From Azolla caroliniana (taxonomy: Eukaryota; Plantae; Polypodiophyta), in assembly GCA_043228905.1 (NCBI GenBank), contig JBHGNT010000009.1:62001-126000 (forward strand): DNA of 64,000 nucleotides. Direction: 5' to 3'. The position numbers were made by a program, and so were the translations under genes. The notes beneath the pieces were generated by a model. That model ran no database searches. It saw nothing but the letters and a program-made list of their open reading frames with translations, and was not told the origin of the DNA. Below, piece after piece: positions 33,386 through 45,849 of this stretch (the first letter of the stretch is position 1; each line of letters starts with the position of its first letter).

Positions 33386-36007
33386 ACGCTATCGGTGAAG
33401 GGTAAGGGAAATGCGTCTGTAATGGTTACGGCGTTTAATTTTCGGTAATCTACGCATACCCGTATTTTGCCATTTTTCTTTGGGACGACCACTATCGGGC
33501 TTAGCCATGTCGCTTGTTTAACTGGTCGTATGAACCCCACCTTCAGGAGCTTGTCAATTTCTTCTTTCACGCGGGTCGCGTAATTGGGGTTCATGCGATA
33601 GCGGCGCTACTAGACGGGTTTCGCGTCAGTTGCTAAATTGATCCTATGATGATAGAACTTGGGATCTAACCCCTTCATGTCCTCGTGAGCCCAAACGAAC
33701 ACATCTTTATATTCCGTGAGTAGTGCGATCATCGTGATTCTCTGGTCCGGCCGTAATTCCTTTGCGATGGAGAGGAACCAGGGCTCCGATTCCGTACCCA
33801 CATTTATTTCTTCGAGAGCGGAAGCGGTGACTCGTCGTGAAATCTCCATTTCCCTTTCGAATGTTGTCCGTGCTCTGCTGAGTTCCAATATGGGCTTTGG
33901 GTTTGGTTCGTAAGCCTCGTCGTGGGGAACAGTGGCCGTGGCATATTCTGCTGCGGTTGCTATGACATCTATTTCGAACAACGGAATAATCCGAGGGTGT
34001 TCGTCGAGGTACGCCTCCAATTCTGCATCCTCCACCCCAGCCAACATATTTATGTCCTCCGCGTATAACGGTGTTATACCCTTAGGTTGTGGCGTGCTGC
34101 CTTCCGTAGGTACGCGACCCTTGGTGCGTCCATGCCGGAAACTGATACACTCTTGTTGCCAGCTCTGCTTGATATTTGCTGTCCGAAGCCATGGTCTGCC
34201 CAGAAGCACTGGGTACGCTCCTGGGGCCTCCAAAGCGAGGACGACCGCCGAGATGTCGAAGTGGTGTCCGCCCACGATGATGCCTATTTTGCAAATTAAC
34301 CCCAACGGTCGCACTGAGCGGGTATATGCCATGCGGAGCCAGAATGGACACGCCTCCCATTCAGAAATGCCTAACTACTCGTAAGTTTTCGCGCTAATTA
34401 CATTGACGCCTGAGCCACTGTCGATTACGCATCCCAGAAATTCCTGTCCGTGCAATATTACTATAATAGTCGGGTTGTGTTGATCCACCACCGGTGGTCC
34501 ATCGCTGACGTCTGTTAGGTTTCTAGCGACGCTTGCCCCGAGTATGCCCGCCACCTGTGCTTCCATGGTCTGGCGGAAAAGTGGAACTAGCTGTAGCAGT
34601 TTTTCCATCGTTAATGTTATTTCACAGCCTGCTAACACCTGCCAAATGGGCTCCGGACCCGGTCTTTCTCTGTCCGCTCCATTGTTTTCACGGACTCCTG
34701 CCGCATACGTTCCGTATTGGTCGCGTTTGCTTTTTCCACCCACGCTTGGGCTTGTCGGCGTACCTCATCTTGCACAACCCAATCTGCCGTTTTTGTTTGC
34801 TGGCGTGTCATGACTTGTTGCACCTCCGCCATAATCGTATTGACAGCGGGCCCCTTTCCCTTGCGTGTTGGGCATTGCGTGGCATAATGTCCGGGTTGCT
34901 GACAAATAAAACAATGTATGCCTGATTATCCCTTCTCGGCTCTGGGTGGTGTGTGCCACTCTCCGGGTGCTACTTGCTCTTCGCGGTCCGGCCTCGTTTG
35001 TCGGAACGTACGCGGTGGCTGTTGTTGGTCCCGTCATTGTTCCTGGTGCCGCTCATCCCCCGAGCTTTCGTCGTAATGCCGACGATCCCTATATTGCCGT
35101 GGCTTACCCCGATAGCCATTGAACTTGCCCCGTTTGTTTGTCGGTCGTTGATTCTCGTAGCGCCGACCCCCTTTGGAGTAACTCGGATGTCCACGATAAT
35201 CCTCGTCCTCTGGGTCGTCCTCCTCGGAATCATTGTGATTCCGGTGATTCCGGTTGTACCAGTCCTCCCGCGGGTTGCAATCCTTATACCGGGGTTGGTC
35301 TTCTTGCCTCCTTTGTTCAGCCCGGTGCGGTTGACGTTGTGTGTCCATGCTGCGGTCTGCGGGAGTGACTCTGTTTAACATATTGTACTCACATTGGTCG
35401 ACTGTGTGAGCCATCGAGTGGCAGATTGGGCAGTGGATTCGCATATTGCACTCCACTACGGAATGCCCCGAGTTCAAGCAAATCGTGCACTGGATTGCTT
35501 GATGAAATTGGCATTCCTCATCCTGAGGTAACGCTTGTCGTAAGGAGGACATAGAAAACCTTTCCTCCTCGTCATCCAACTCGAGCTGTAATGCTCGTTC
35601 AATTACCATATCTGTTGTTTCCACTTTCACACTATTGTTGTTGAGCGTTGCTCAGATGGGCCGGCGTAAAGCTGCTAGAAATGTTTCCCGAGCCTCTTAC
35701 TCCGCGGGGCTTCGTTCCAGTTTCCGTCGTAAATTTTGGAAACGTATGCTGAAGTCCGCTATCGTCTCGGTCGGTAGTTGCTTAATTGTATAAAACTGCT
35801 CGAGAATCTCGCGTTGTGGAACCCTCCGATGGAAGAATCACAAGAAAGCGGACTACAACTGATCGAAGGTTGTTATGGCTGGTAAATCCATCTGTGAATG
35901 CCAAAACGCCGCACGCCCATCTAGTGTTAATCCGAACTCCGTCATTTTCGACTGGTGTGTCACCGTCTCGGAGAGATTCTGCGCCATGTGGTTCACATTC
36001 CAAACAT

Positions 36008-36680
36008 AGTGCACTACCACTTCGTACGTGAGCGTGTCCTGAGCGGTGAAGTCGAACTTCGGTATGTTCATACGAATCGGCAAGTTGCCGACATCTTCAC
36101 CAAACTGCTCGGATCGGACAAGTTGCAGCACTTCACCGAAATGCTTCGTGTTCAGCATTTCGACGTGCCACACTTGAGTGGGAGAATGGGCAAAGACACC
36201 ACCGGAACGGGCAAAGGCAAAGAGACTGTCGATTGTGTCGGTGAGGGAAGAACCGACAAGGGGAGAGACAAGAAGAAGAAAGGAGCTGAGTCGACAAAGG
36301 AAGTTGACACATACGAACAAGTCGGAACAAGCAGCAGCGGAGGCAAGGACAGAGCTGACCGGAAGAAGAAGGCCAAGACCCAAACATGGTCCGATGTGGT
36401 GAAGGGCCTGGAACCGGAAGACGAATCAAGAGAAACCGATTCGGACAAGAGCTAGAACGAATCGGAGACAGCTGATTCGGTTCTACAAAAGGATTCTGAA
36501 GAACCGGATCAATTCAAGGCCAAGAGGACGAGAAGGCAGCGAAAGTCGATGCCAACACAAAGGGATCGGCGAATCGGCAAGAGCCGAAGTCACAGCAGCG
36601 AGGGAGCTGAATTCGGCTTATTGAGTAGACAAGCCGACCGAGGAGGTCGGGGTGCGCAGGAACAGAAGGGTCGCGGCAGT
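36008..36680 (+). pseudogene. Copia RNase H C-terminus plus charged 3' extension (fragment)
   Basis: VHYHFVRERVLSGEVELRYVHTNRQVADIFTKLLG in ORF 35955-36455. Confidence 0.88.
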
Positions 36681-39600
36681 GTGATATCGGATTTTTGTGT
36701 TCAAACATGCGTATCGAACATAACAACGCTAGCTATGATATAGAATTAAAAAATCAAGATTCTGAAACTCAGGTCGAGAGACATGAAGGAATTAGCAAAT
36801 TTGAGGAGGGAGTTGAGAAGAGCCCGTGAGTAAAGTAAAATGGTCATACCTGGTTCGTGTGATTCCAGATTTTTGTGTTCAAACATGCCTATCAAAGCTA
36901 ACAGCGCTAGCTATGATATCGTATTAAAAAATCAAGATTTTGAAACTCAGGTCGAGAGACATGAAGAAATTAGCAAATTTGAGGAGGGAGTTGAGAAGAG
37001 CCCGTGAGTAAATTAAAATCGTCATACCTAGCTCGTGTGATATCGGATTTTTGTGTTCAAACATGCATATCAAACATAACAACGCTAGCTATGATATAGA
37101 ATTAAAAAATCAAGATTTTGAAACTCAAGCCGAGAGACATGAAGAAATTAGCAAATTTGAGGAGGGACTTGAGAAGAACCCGTGAGTAAATTAAAATATT
37201 CATACCTGGCTCGTGTGATATCGTATTTTTGTGTTCAAACATGCGTATCGAACATAACTACGCTAGCTATGATATAGTATTAAAAAATCAAGATTCTGAA
37301 ACTGAGGTCGAGAGACATGAAGAAATTAGCAAATTTGAGGAGGGAGTTGAGAACAGCCCGTGAGTAAAGTAAAATGGTCATACCTGGTTCATGTGATTCC
37401 GGATTTTTGTGTTCAAACATGCATATCGAAGCTAACAACGCTAGCTATGATATAGAATTAAAAAATCAAGATTCTGAAACTGAGGTCGAGAGACATGAAG
37501 GAATTAGCAAATTTTAGGAGGGACTTGAGAAGAGCCCGTGAGTAAATTAAAATGTTCATACCTGGCTCGTGTGATATCGGATTTTTGTGTTCAAACATGC
37601 ATATCGAAGCTAACAAGGCTAGCTATGATATAGATTTAAAAAATCAAGATTTTGAAACTCAGGTCGAGAGACATGAAGAAATTAGCAAATTTGAGGAGTG
37701 AGTTGAGAAGAGCCCGTGAGTAAATTAAAATGTTCATACCTGGCTCGTGTGATATCGGATTTTTGTGTTCAAACATGCGTATCGAAGCTACCAACGCTAG
37801 CTATGATATAAAATTAAAAAATCAAGATTCTGAAACTCAGGTCGAGAGACATGAAGAAATTAGCATTTGAACACAAAAATCCGATATCACACGAGCCAGG
37901 TATGAACATTTGGATTTCCTAACGGGCTCTTCTCCACTACCTCCTCAAATGTGCTAATTTCGTCATGTCTCTCGACCTGAGTTTCAAAATCTTGATTTTT
38001 TAATTCCATATCATAGCTAGCGTTGTTAGCTTCGATACGCATGTTTGAACACAAAAATCCGATATCACACGAGCTAGGTATGACCATTTTAATTTACTCA
38101 CGGGCTCTTCTTAACTCCCTCCTCAAATGTGCTAATTTCTTTATGTCTCTCGACCTGAGTTTCAAAATCTTGATTTTTTAATTCTATATCATATCAAGCG
38201 TTGTTAGCTTCGATAGGCATGTTTGAACACAAAAATCCGATATCACACGAGCCAGGTATGAACATTTTAATTTACTCACGAGCTCTTCTCAAGTCCCTCC
38301 TCAAATTTGCTAATTTCGTCATGTCTCTCGACCTGAGTTTCAAAATCTTGATTTTTTAATTCTATATCATAGCTAGCATTGTTAGCTTCGATTCGAATGT
38401 TTGAACACAAAAATCCGATATCACACGAGCCAGGTATGAACATTTTCATTTCTAACGGGCTCTTCTCCACTACCTCCTAAAAATGTGCTAATTTCGTCAT
38501 GTCTCTCGACCTGAGTTTCAAAATCTTGATTTTTTAAGTCCATATCATAGCTAGCGTTGTTAGCTTCGATACGCATGTTTGAACACAAAAATCCGATATC
38601 ACACGAGCTAGGTATGACCATTTTAATTTACTCACGGGCTCTTCTTAACTCCCTCCTCAAATTTGCTAATTTCTTCATGTCTCTCGACCTGAGTTTCAAA
38701 ATCTTGATTTTTTAATTCTATATCATATCAAGCGTTGTTAGCTTCGATAGGCATGTTTGAACACAAAAATCCGATATCACACGAGCCAGGTATGAACATT
38801 TTAATTTACTCACGGGCTCTTCTCAAGTCCCTCCTCAAATTTGCTAATTTCGTCATGTGTCTTGACCTGAGTTTCAAAATCTTGATTTTTTAATTCTATA
38901 TCATAGCTAGCGTTGTTAGCTTCGATTCGAATGTTTGAACACAAAAATCCGATATCACACAAGCCAGGTATGAACATTTTCATTTCCTAACGGGCTCTTC
39001 TCCACTACCTCCTCAAATGTGCTAATTTCGTCATGTCTCTCGACCTGAGTTTCAAAATCTTGATTTTTTAAGTCCATATCATAGCTAGCGTTGTTAGCTT
39101 CGATACGCATGTTTGAACACAGAAATCCGATATCACATGAGCTAGGTATGACCATTTTAATTTACTCACGGGCTCTTCTTAACTCCCTCCTCAAATTTGC
39201 TAATTTCTTCATGTCTCTCGACCTGAGTTTCAAAATCTTGATTTTTTAATTCTATATCATAGCTAGCGTTGTTAGCTACGATACGCATGTTTGAACACAA
39301 AAATCCGATATCACACGAGCTAGGTATGACCATTTGAATTAACTCACGGGCTCTTCTCAAGTCCCTCCTAAAATTTGCTAATTCCTTCATGTCTCTCGAC
39401 CTCAGTTTCAGAATCTTGATTTTTTAATTCTATACCTAGCGTTGTTAGCTTCGATACGCATGTTTGAACATAAAAATCCGATATCACACGAGCCAGGTAT
39501 GACCATTTTAATTGACTCACGGCCTCTTCTCAAGTGCCTCCTCAAATTTGCTAATTTCGTCATGTGTCTTGGCCTGGGTTTCAAAATCTTGATTTTTTAA

Positions 39601-39912
39601 TTCTATATCATAGCTAGCGTTGTTAGCTACGATACGCATGTTTGAACACAAAAATCCGATATCACACGAGCCAGGTATGAACATTTTAATTGACTTACTG
39701 GCTCTTCTCAAGTCCCTCCTCAAATTTGCTAATTTCGTCATGTGTGTTGGCTTGAGTTTCAAAATCTTGATTTTTTAATTCTATATCATAGCTAGCGTTG
39801 TTAGCTTCGATTCGAATGTTTGAACACAAAAATCCGATATCACACGAGCCAGGTATGAACATTTTCATTTCCTAACGGGCTCTTCTTAACTCCCTCCTCA
39901 AATTTGCTAATT
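36679..39912. repeat. 178-bp tandem satellite, ~18 monomers: ~6.7 forward (36679-37865) then ~11.5 inverted (37866-39912), with 534-bp trimer substructure
   Basis: The GTGAT(A/T)(T/C)C motif recurs at 36681, 36859, 37037 and onward (period 178). The reverse complement starts at ~37866. Variant monomers recur every 534 bp (repeated pseudo-ORFs at 37887, 38421, 38955). Confidence 0.97.
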
Positions 39913-41302
39913 GTCTGGGTCCGGTGCTGACCAAATCATCAACATACAACAAGATGCAAACCGGACCGTTTAGTCCTTGCCGGATGAACAACGAAGAGTC
40001 AAACTTGGAGGCCGCAAACCCCATCTTACACAACCGGTGCGTAATCTTCGCATTCCAAGCTTGGGGGGCTTGCTTCAGGCCATAAAGCGACTTCTTCAGC
40101 CGGCATACCGCTGACTTGTTCATCTCCGACTAAAACCGGGGGGTTGGGTCATAAAGACCTCTTCTTCAAGATCGCCTTGAAGAAATGCATTCTTCACGTC
40201 CATTTGATGAAGATGCCACCCCCTTGCCGCAACAACCGCTAGCACCACACGAACCGTTGTCATCTTCGCTACCGGAGCGAAGGTCTCGTCGTAGTCGATT
40301 CCGTGGGTTTGCGCGTATCCCTTCGCCACTAACCGGGCCTTGTACCGATTAACTAAACCGTCGACATTGTACTTTACCTTGTACATCCACTTGCATCTAA
40401 TCGGTTTACAATGACGAGGAGGGTCAACCAGGTTCCATGTGTCGTTGGCATCAAGTGCCCGCATCTCTTCCTCCATAGCGGCACGCCAAATTGCGTCCCT
40501 TACCGCTTCTATGTAGCTTTCCGGCTCACGCACTTCCGCCACCTTGTTCATATACGCATAGTGATGCGCCATGTACTCATTGTACCCGTACCGCTTAACA
40601 GGTTCCTTTTGGCGTGTTGACTAGCATAACCCATCGTTACCCGGTTTGAGGCCCTTCTTGGCCAGGTCGATCTTCGTTGCTAAAGAACTGCCATTTTCCT
40701 TTCCGGAGTTGGATTCGTTCCGATCCGACTCAACATTACCGGTTTCATAATCCGGCATCTTCTTCTTCCCCTTCTCTTTACGTGTGAACCGTCTCCTCGG
40801 TTCCTTGCGCGGGGTGAGCACGACAGAGTCTGCACTACTCGCTAGTTCCTCATCTGACTGGTCGGATTGACCCAGTCTCTCATTTGTCCCACTCAACCAA
40901 AACGATTCTGGACTCTCTTCTTGAGTCCCAGAGTCATCATCTTCTATCTGGATCGGTTCAGGCTCACTAGCCTCATCCTCCGATATCGGGTCGGGATCGG
41001 AAGTCGGAGCCGGTAAGGCATACCATGATGCCGTCTCATCAAACTCAACATCCCTGCTAACTCGGACCTGCTTTGTTCGGGGGTTATAACACTTATACCC
41101 CTTTTGCTCATGCGAGTAACCAACCAGGATGCATTTCTCCGACTTTGCATCCAACTTCCTCTGCTTCGCATCTGGTACATGCACATATGCAATGCTACCG
41201 AATATATGAAGGTGTCTCAAATTCGGCTTGTGCCTGAAATACAGCTCATGCGCGGACACCTTGTCACCGATCCGGTTTTGGATGTAGACGGCCGTCCGAA
41301 CC
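39913..41302 (-). pseudogene. Copia INT C-terminus to RT fragment
   Basis: [67 protein letters not shown]. Truncated at both ends. Confidence 0.92.
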
Positions 41303-41340
41303 ATTTGTCCGCCGGAATAGTAACCGACGGACAAAAGCGT

Positions 41341-42804
41341 TGTCGTGCCTTTCGGCTTTGGATCGTTGCGTGAGTCGGGTGGGAACTGCCGAGGTTTTTG
41401 ACTAGGAGGAAGAGGAATACAACTTAAGGCTAGTTATGAATAGTAGAAAGAGAAGTAGGATAGCAATCCCGTGAATCCCACGAGTTTAGTGTATTTAAAA
41501 CAATATTTAGATTATAAGAGTAATTTAGATGGCAAAATTCGTGAATCCCACGAATATATTAGATTGATCAATCCTTGTATATTAATCAACAACCTTATAC
41601 ATATTTCTCTCCTCCTTATATAAAGATGGAAGAGGCTAAGCATGGCTTCATGCTTTTTCACCAAAAGTGTCCATGCACACTAAATGTGCATGTGATGCTT
41701 TTTCATTTCCTAAGTATAGGGCTCATGCACGCTAGATGTGCATGAGTCACTTTTAATGTCACGTGTAAATAAAATATTCACACCATAAAGAATACATGAT
41801 TTTTACCTTTTAATAAAGGTATGTGTAAATAAAGGTCTTATACGTATTAAATCTATATGTATAACACTAAAGATAAGTTATTACAATGGTAAAGTTGAGG
41901 TTTATCTACGTGGAGGTGCAAGTTCGAATCTTGCCCTATGCACATGATAAGTATTTTGATATATTATTTATTTATTTATATGTATCTAAAATCGGATATA
42001 TTATTTTATGGTTTTCATGTAGTGTGTGGAATACACTACGACAGTGTAGGAATAAGAAATTATATAAGAGCATAACGCATGTAACGGTTCATGCAGGAAG
42101 CGTGAATGGCTAATTAGACCCTGCATATATAAAGGGCAGAAAACCTCTGATGGAGGTGCGTGTAATTTTGGGGAATGTAAAGAAACGCCTGATAATATAA
42201 TTCTATCTTCTCTGATTTTCTGTGTATAGCTACGGCTAGTTCAATGTGGGTGTCCTGAATACTTAAGTGTTGTAGTACGTAAGTGTAACCCTTAATAGGG
42301 ATTCGGTTGTAGCCGTCTTCCCTTATACGCTGATAGGTTACAAGGGTTCTTCTCTTACGCATTACGCTTAAACACCTGTTCGTTGTTCCACACCCACTTT
42401 GAGGTCTAGGTCGAAGGACTGACCGCGGACCATGTTCCTAAACGACAACACTTTTGGCACGCTTGGTGATCTGTGTTTCCTCATAGACGAGCAACAACGA
42501 ATGGATGTTTAGCCGTAGACGACCCAGAGAACCAACACGACAAGACCGGCCAATAACAAGGTCCGTCACACGCCAAGCAGAAGAACGCGCACGGCAAAGG
42601 CCGCGTCTCAGTGACCTCAGTACTACCTGCCGTGAGTGCAAAGGGGATTGTTCGCTCCCCAAATACCTCGACGAGACGCGGGGACCACGCTCACCACAGC
42701 CACCCTGTGGTATTTCCTGATTCGCCGTAGCTCCCACTATGGCCTTTGCCTACCCCCGCTTTAACGGCGAAACCGACGCCGCAACGCATATTCGCATGTT
42801 CCTG
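41341..42804 (+). mobile_element. Gypsy 5' LTR (41341-42447), PBS-like site and gag N-terminus; probably the inverted 5' end of element D
   Basis: TGTCGT..ACGACA termini. TGGCACGC.. PBS-like sequence at 42455 (Tat/Retand-type; tRNA-Arg uncertain). ATG at ~42739 encodes MAFAYPRFNGETDAATHIRMFL. Confidence 0.75.
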
Positions 42805-43308
42805 GTACCGGACCGGACTAGGAGCGCGAGCAAGGCGGAGTGACGCCAGAAGGAGCTGGGTAGAAGGATTGGTTGCCACAGACGTTGACACTACGACCGG
42901 ACCTCAAGTTGAGCTTGAGGGGGAGTGTTGAGCGGCAAGCTCAACCAGATCCGGGTCGGCTGAATAAGCCTGAGTTGGATTGGCATCTAGAAGGATGAAG
43001 CCGGATCGGCGAGCCGGTGAGCAAATGAGTCGGTGAGCTAGGAAGCCAATTAGCTCCGGTTAGCTGGATCAAACAGTAACCGGAAGCCTAGTAGTAGCCT
43101 TGACTACTAGGTAGTTAATAGTCTCGTAGTTAGTGTCAGACACTCGTATGAGCATTGAAGTACGAAGTACTTCTGTCAATCCTCTTAGGACTTGTATAAA
43201 TAGTGTTGTTGAGCACGGTTTATGTACAAAGAACTATTATTGTTTCGTAATAGATTAAAACGTTCTGCTGTCTCTGTCTCTCCCGAGTACTCTCTGTATT
43301 CTGTGTAT

Positions 43309-43385
<77 letters not shown>

Positions 43386-43422
43386 GCTACGCAGCCAAGC
43401 TGTTGTCTTACGCTTCCACACA
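42805..43422 (+). mobile_element. Copia 3' end: 3' region, PPT and 3' LTR (~42926-43422) containing (CT)n
   Basis: PPT GAGGGGGAG at 42917-42925 directly followed by TGTTGAG. TATAAATA at ~43196. Ends ..CACA where family A integrase sequence abruptly resumes. Confidence 0.8.
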
Positions 43423-44922
43423 TAATCTTTCACACTGATCTTTGATGCTTGCCCATCATACAAGCATCACAAACATGACTTAAGTCAGATAGGGTTGGCA
43501 ACCCAACTACCATATTCGACTTCTTCATCTCCTTCAACACAGCAACATTGAGATGCCCAAATCTCTCATGCCATTGCTTTGTGTTAGTACTTGTGTTGTG
43601 GTCAGTAGAAATGGTAAGTGCGCTCAGCTCATAGAGATTGTTGCGCCTTACCCCTATTCCTACAACCTTGCCAGCAGAATCTGTTATTTCTGCACCCGAC
43701 TTCTTGAATCGAACATCAAGACCCTAGTCGGTCAGTGCAGAAATGGACAATAGATTCATCTTGAGATCTGGCACGTACAACACTTCAGAGAGATGCTTTG
43801 TCCCGCCGGTCGTTGCTTTGAGGGAGACGGTTCCGGTTCCTTTGGCTGGACATCGAGCATTGTTCCCGACCACAACATTGATGGGCTCTTGTAGAGGTGT
43901 CCAAGAGCTATACCAATCACGATTACTGGTCATATGTCGGGACGCTCCACTATCAAGAATCCAAGAGTCGTCGACAACTTGGGTGTCAACTGAAGAACAC
44001 ACTTCTTCAGTTGCGACCCATAACTCAAGCTCATCTACGACGTTGTTGGCGAACTCGGGCTCTCTCCAAGAGGTCTTACTAGAACCATTCTTCTCGTCCG
44101 CCATCTTCTTCTGACAATCCTTGATTGTTTGACCCTTCTTGTCACAATAGAAACACGATCCATTGAACTTCTTCTTTGGTATCCAATTCACATTGTTTGA
44201 ATCGGATGCCCCTTTACCCTTAGTCCTAGAGACAAATGTCGAATCTTCCCTTCCTTCTCTTGTCTTCAGCTGAAGCTCCTCTTCAAGCAGCATCACACTT
44301 AGTTCATCAAATTTTAAAGGAGTGGGTTGAACTTGAGTGTTCAATGTTTTCACAATGCCATCATACTTGAAAGGAAGTACTCGAATGCACTGAGGAGCCA
44401 TATCCTCTTGAGAGACGACTACTCCAATAGCCGCTAGCTTATCTTGAAGATCCTTAATCCTTTTTACAAAGGATTCTACTTTCTCTCCATCGACGAGCTT
44501 CTCTACAGCAAGCTAATTTTCAAGGTTTTGTATCCTTGTATAGTTTCTGGTCTCATACTGACTGGCCAATATGCTCCAAGCTTCATGTGCCTTGGTTGTA
44601 TGTTGCACTAATGTTAGTACAGAGTCACATACACCAGTGACTATGGTACACAACGCATCAGCATTCCTTCTCTTCCAGGCTCGAAGTAGATCAGCATTTG
44701 GAGGGATTGATGTGGTAGGGTATGCAGGGTCAAAGGTCTTCATGGGCTCAGGGTCTCCTCCTGTGGGTCGCATGATTGTCTCCAACAACTCGTAGGAGTC
44801 CAAAATGGTAGACATTTTGAACTTCCATAGAGTGTAGTTAGTTCCATCTAGCTTTCCATCAGACAATGGAGGTGGGTGAATGCGCAGTGGAGCAGCTACA
44901 ACATTCGTGGACAAGGCCATTG

Positions 44923-44971
<49 letters not shown>

Positions 44972-45680
44972 TTTTCTGTGCTTCCAGACAACAACTGCTC
45001 GTATATACCTAATCTAGATCAACCTCTCAGCTCTGATACCATGTTAGAAATATTGAGAATCGATTAGATAGGTATATAGAGTTACAACTACAGAGATGGG
45101 ATATATGAAAACAAAACTTCGATTACATATGAGAGTAGCTCACAATGGTAGTTTTCCCATGCACTCACACCTTAGAGCTTAGATAGGATATGGACCAGCT
45201 CACTACAAAATTAGTGGGGACTGATAATCAAGCCAACCACTGTGAAAAGAAAGTGGGTTGCTTTCTATGTTTGGTCTAAGTATAACATTAAATGTGCAAG
45301 TCAGTTGATAGTAGTGGAGATATTCCTTTTCTGTCAACTGACTTGTCATTTAATATGACCAACTCCCTAGGTACAGGCTAGTGCTAGATAGTACTTATCT
45401 TGAAGTCAATGACGCATACTTCAACACTAAGTACATCGTAACTTGCCCACAAAATATTCTAGTTGGCTTGATTAGCCAATCCTATTACCTATTTCTCTCT
45501 TTCCTAAAGACATTGTGTCCTACGCATCTACGATTTCCTAGATTAACACCTTATCGACCCATATGGTCGAGTTGCACACTAGCCGCTCCTCATTTGGGGC
45601 GCTATCACAAAATGTGCACTCTAAGAGCACATATGGGGATAGATTTACAACTTGGGATTGATCATTGATTACATCTAACA
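43423..45680 (-). mobile_element. 5' half of Copia family A: 5' LTR (45042-45680), tRNA-iMet PBS, decayed gag-PR and start of INT
   Basis: GCTCTGATACCA at 45030-45041 abuts the LTR. KLDGTNYTLWKFKM, CFYCDKKGQTIKDC, WILDSGASRHM, CDACMMGK. In-frame stops. Confidence 0.92.
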
Positions 45681-45849
45681 AGTACTACTTCTTTAGTTGG
45701 CTTGCTAATAAAATAACTATGGGATAACTATGAGAACATAATTGCTCCCTAACAATACCATACGACAATAGTAGACGTTTTATTTTGTGAACATGTGCAA
45801 TTTAATGCAAGGAGTCTTTCTCAAGTAAGTGAACCCCACCGATTGAGAA

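Larger units (their letters stand above)
16500..36009 (-). mobile_element. Decayed non-chromoviral (Athila/Tat-like) Ty3/Gypsy element D: gag-PR-RT-RH-INT plus extra 3' ORF, interrupted at 21188-33385. 3' LTR missing.
   Basis: Gag with two CCHC knuckles (35034-35630). Protease VIDSGSGVN (34375-34743). RT SPIVVVPKKNGKIRVCVDYRKLN..FPLPFTD (33390-33594) continues in frame as SVLDAVAGHEMYSFLDGFSG at 21187. FLDDF, RH FVDASDIAIG, INT WGLDFVGP and GPY motif near 18945. No chromodomain seen. Confidence 0.9.

Noticed and set aside
36679-39912. CRISPR-like array, or repeated small genes (MVIPSSCDIGF.. ORFs)
   Set aside because: Monomers are contiguous with no unique spacers, there are no cas genes, and the context is eukaryotic. 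The ORFs are by-products of the satellite period.
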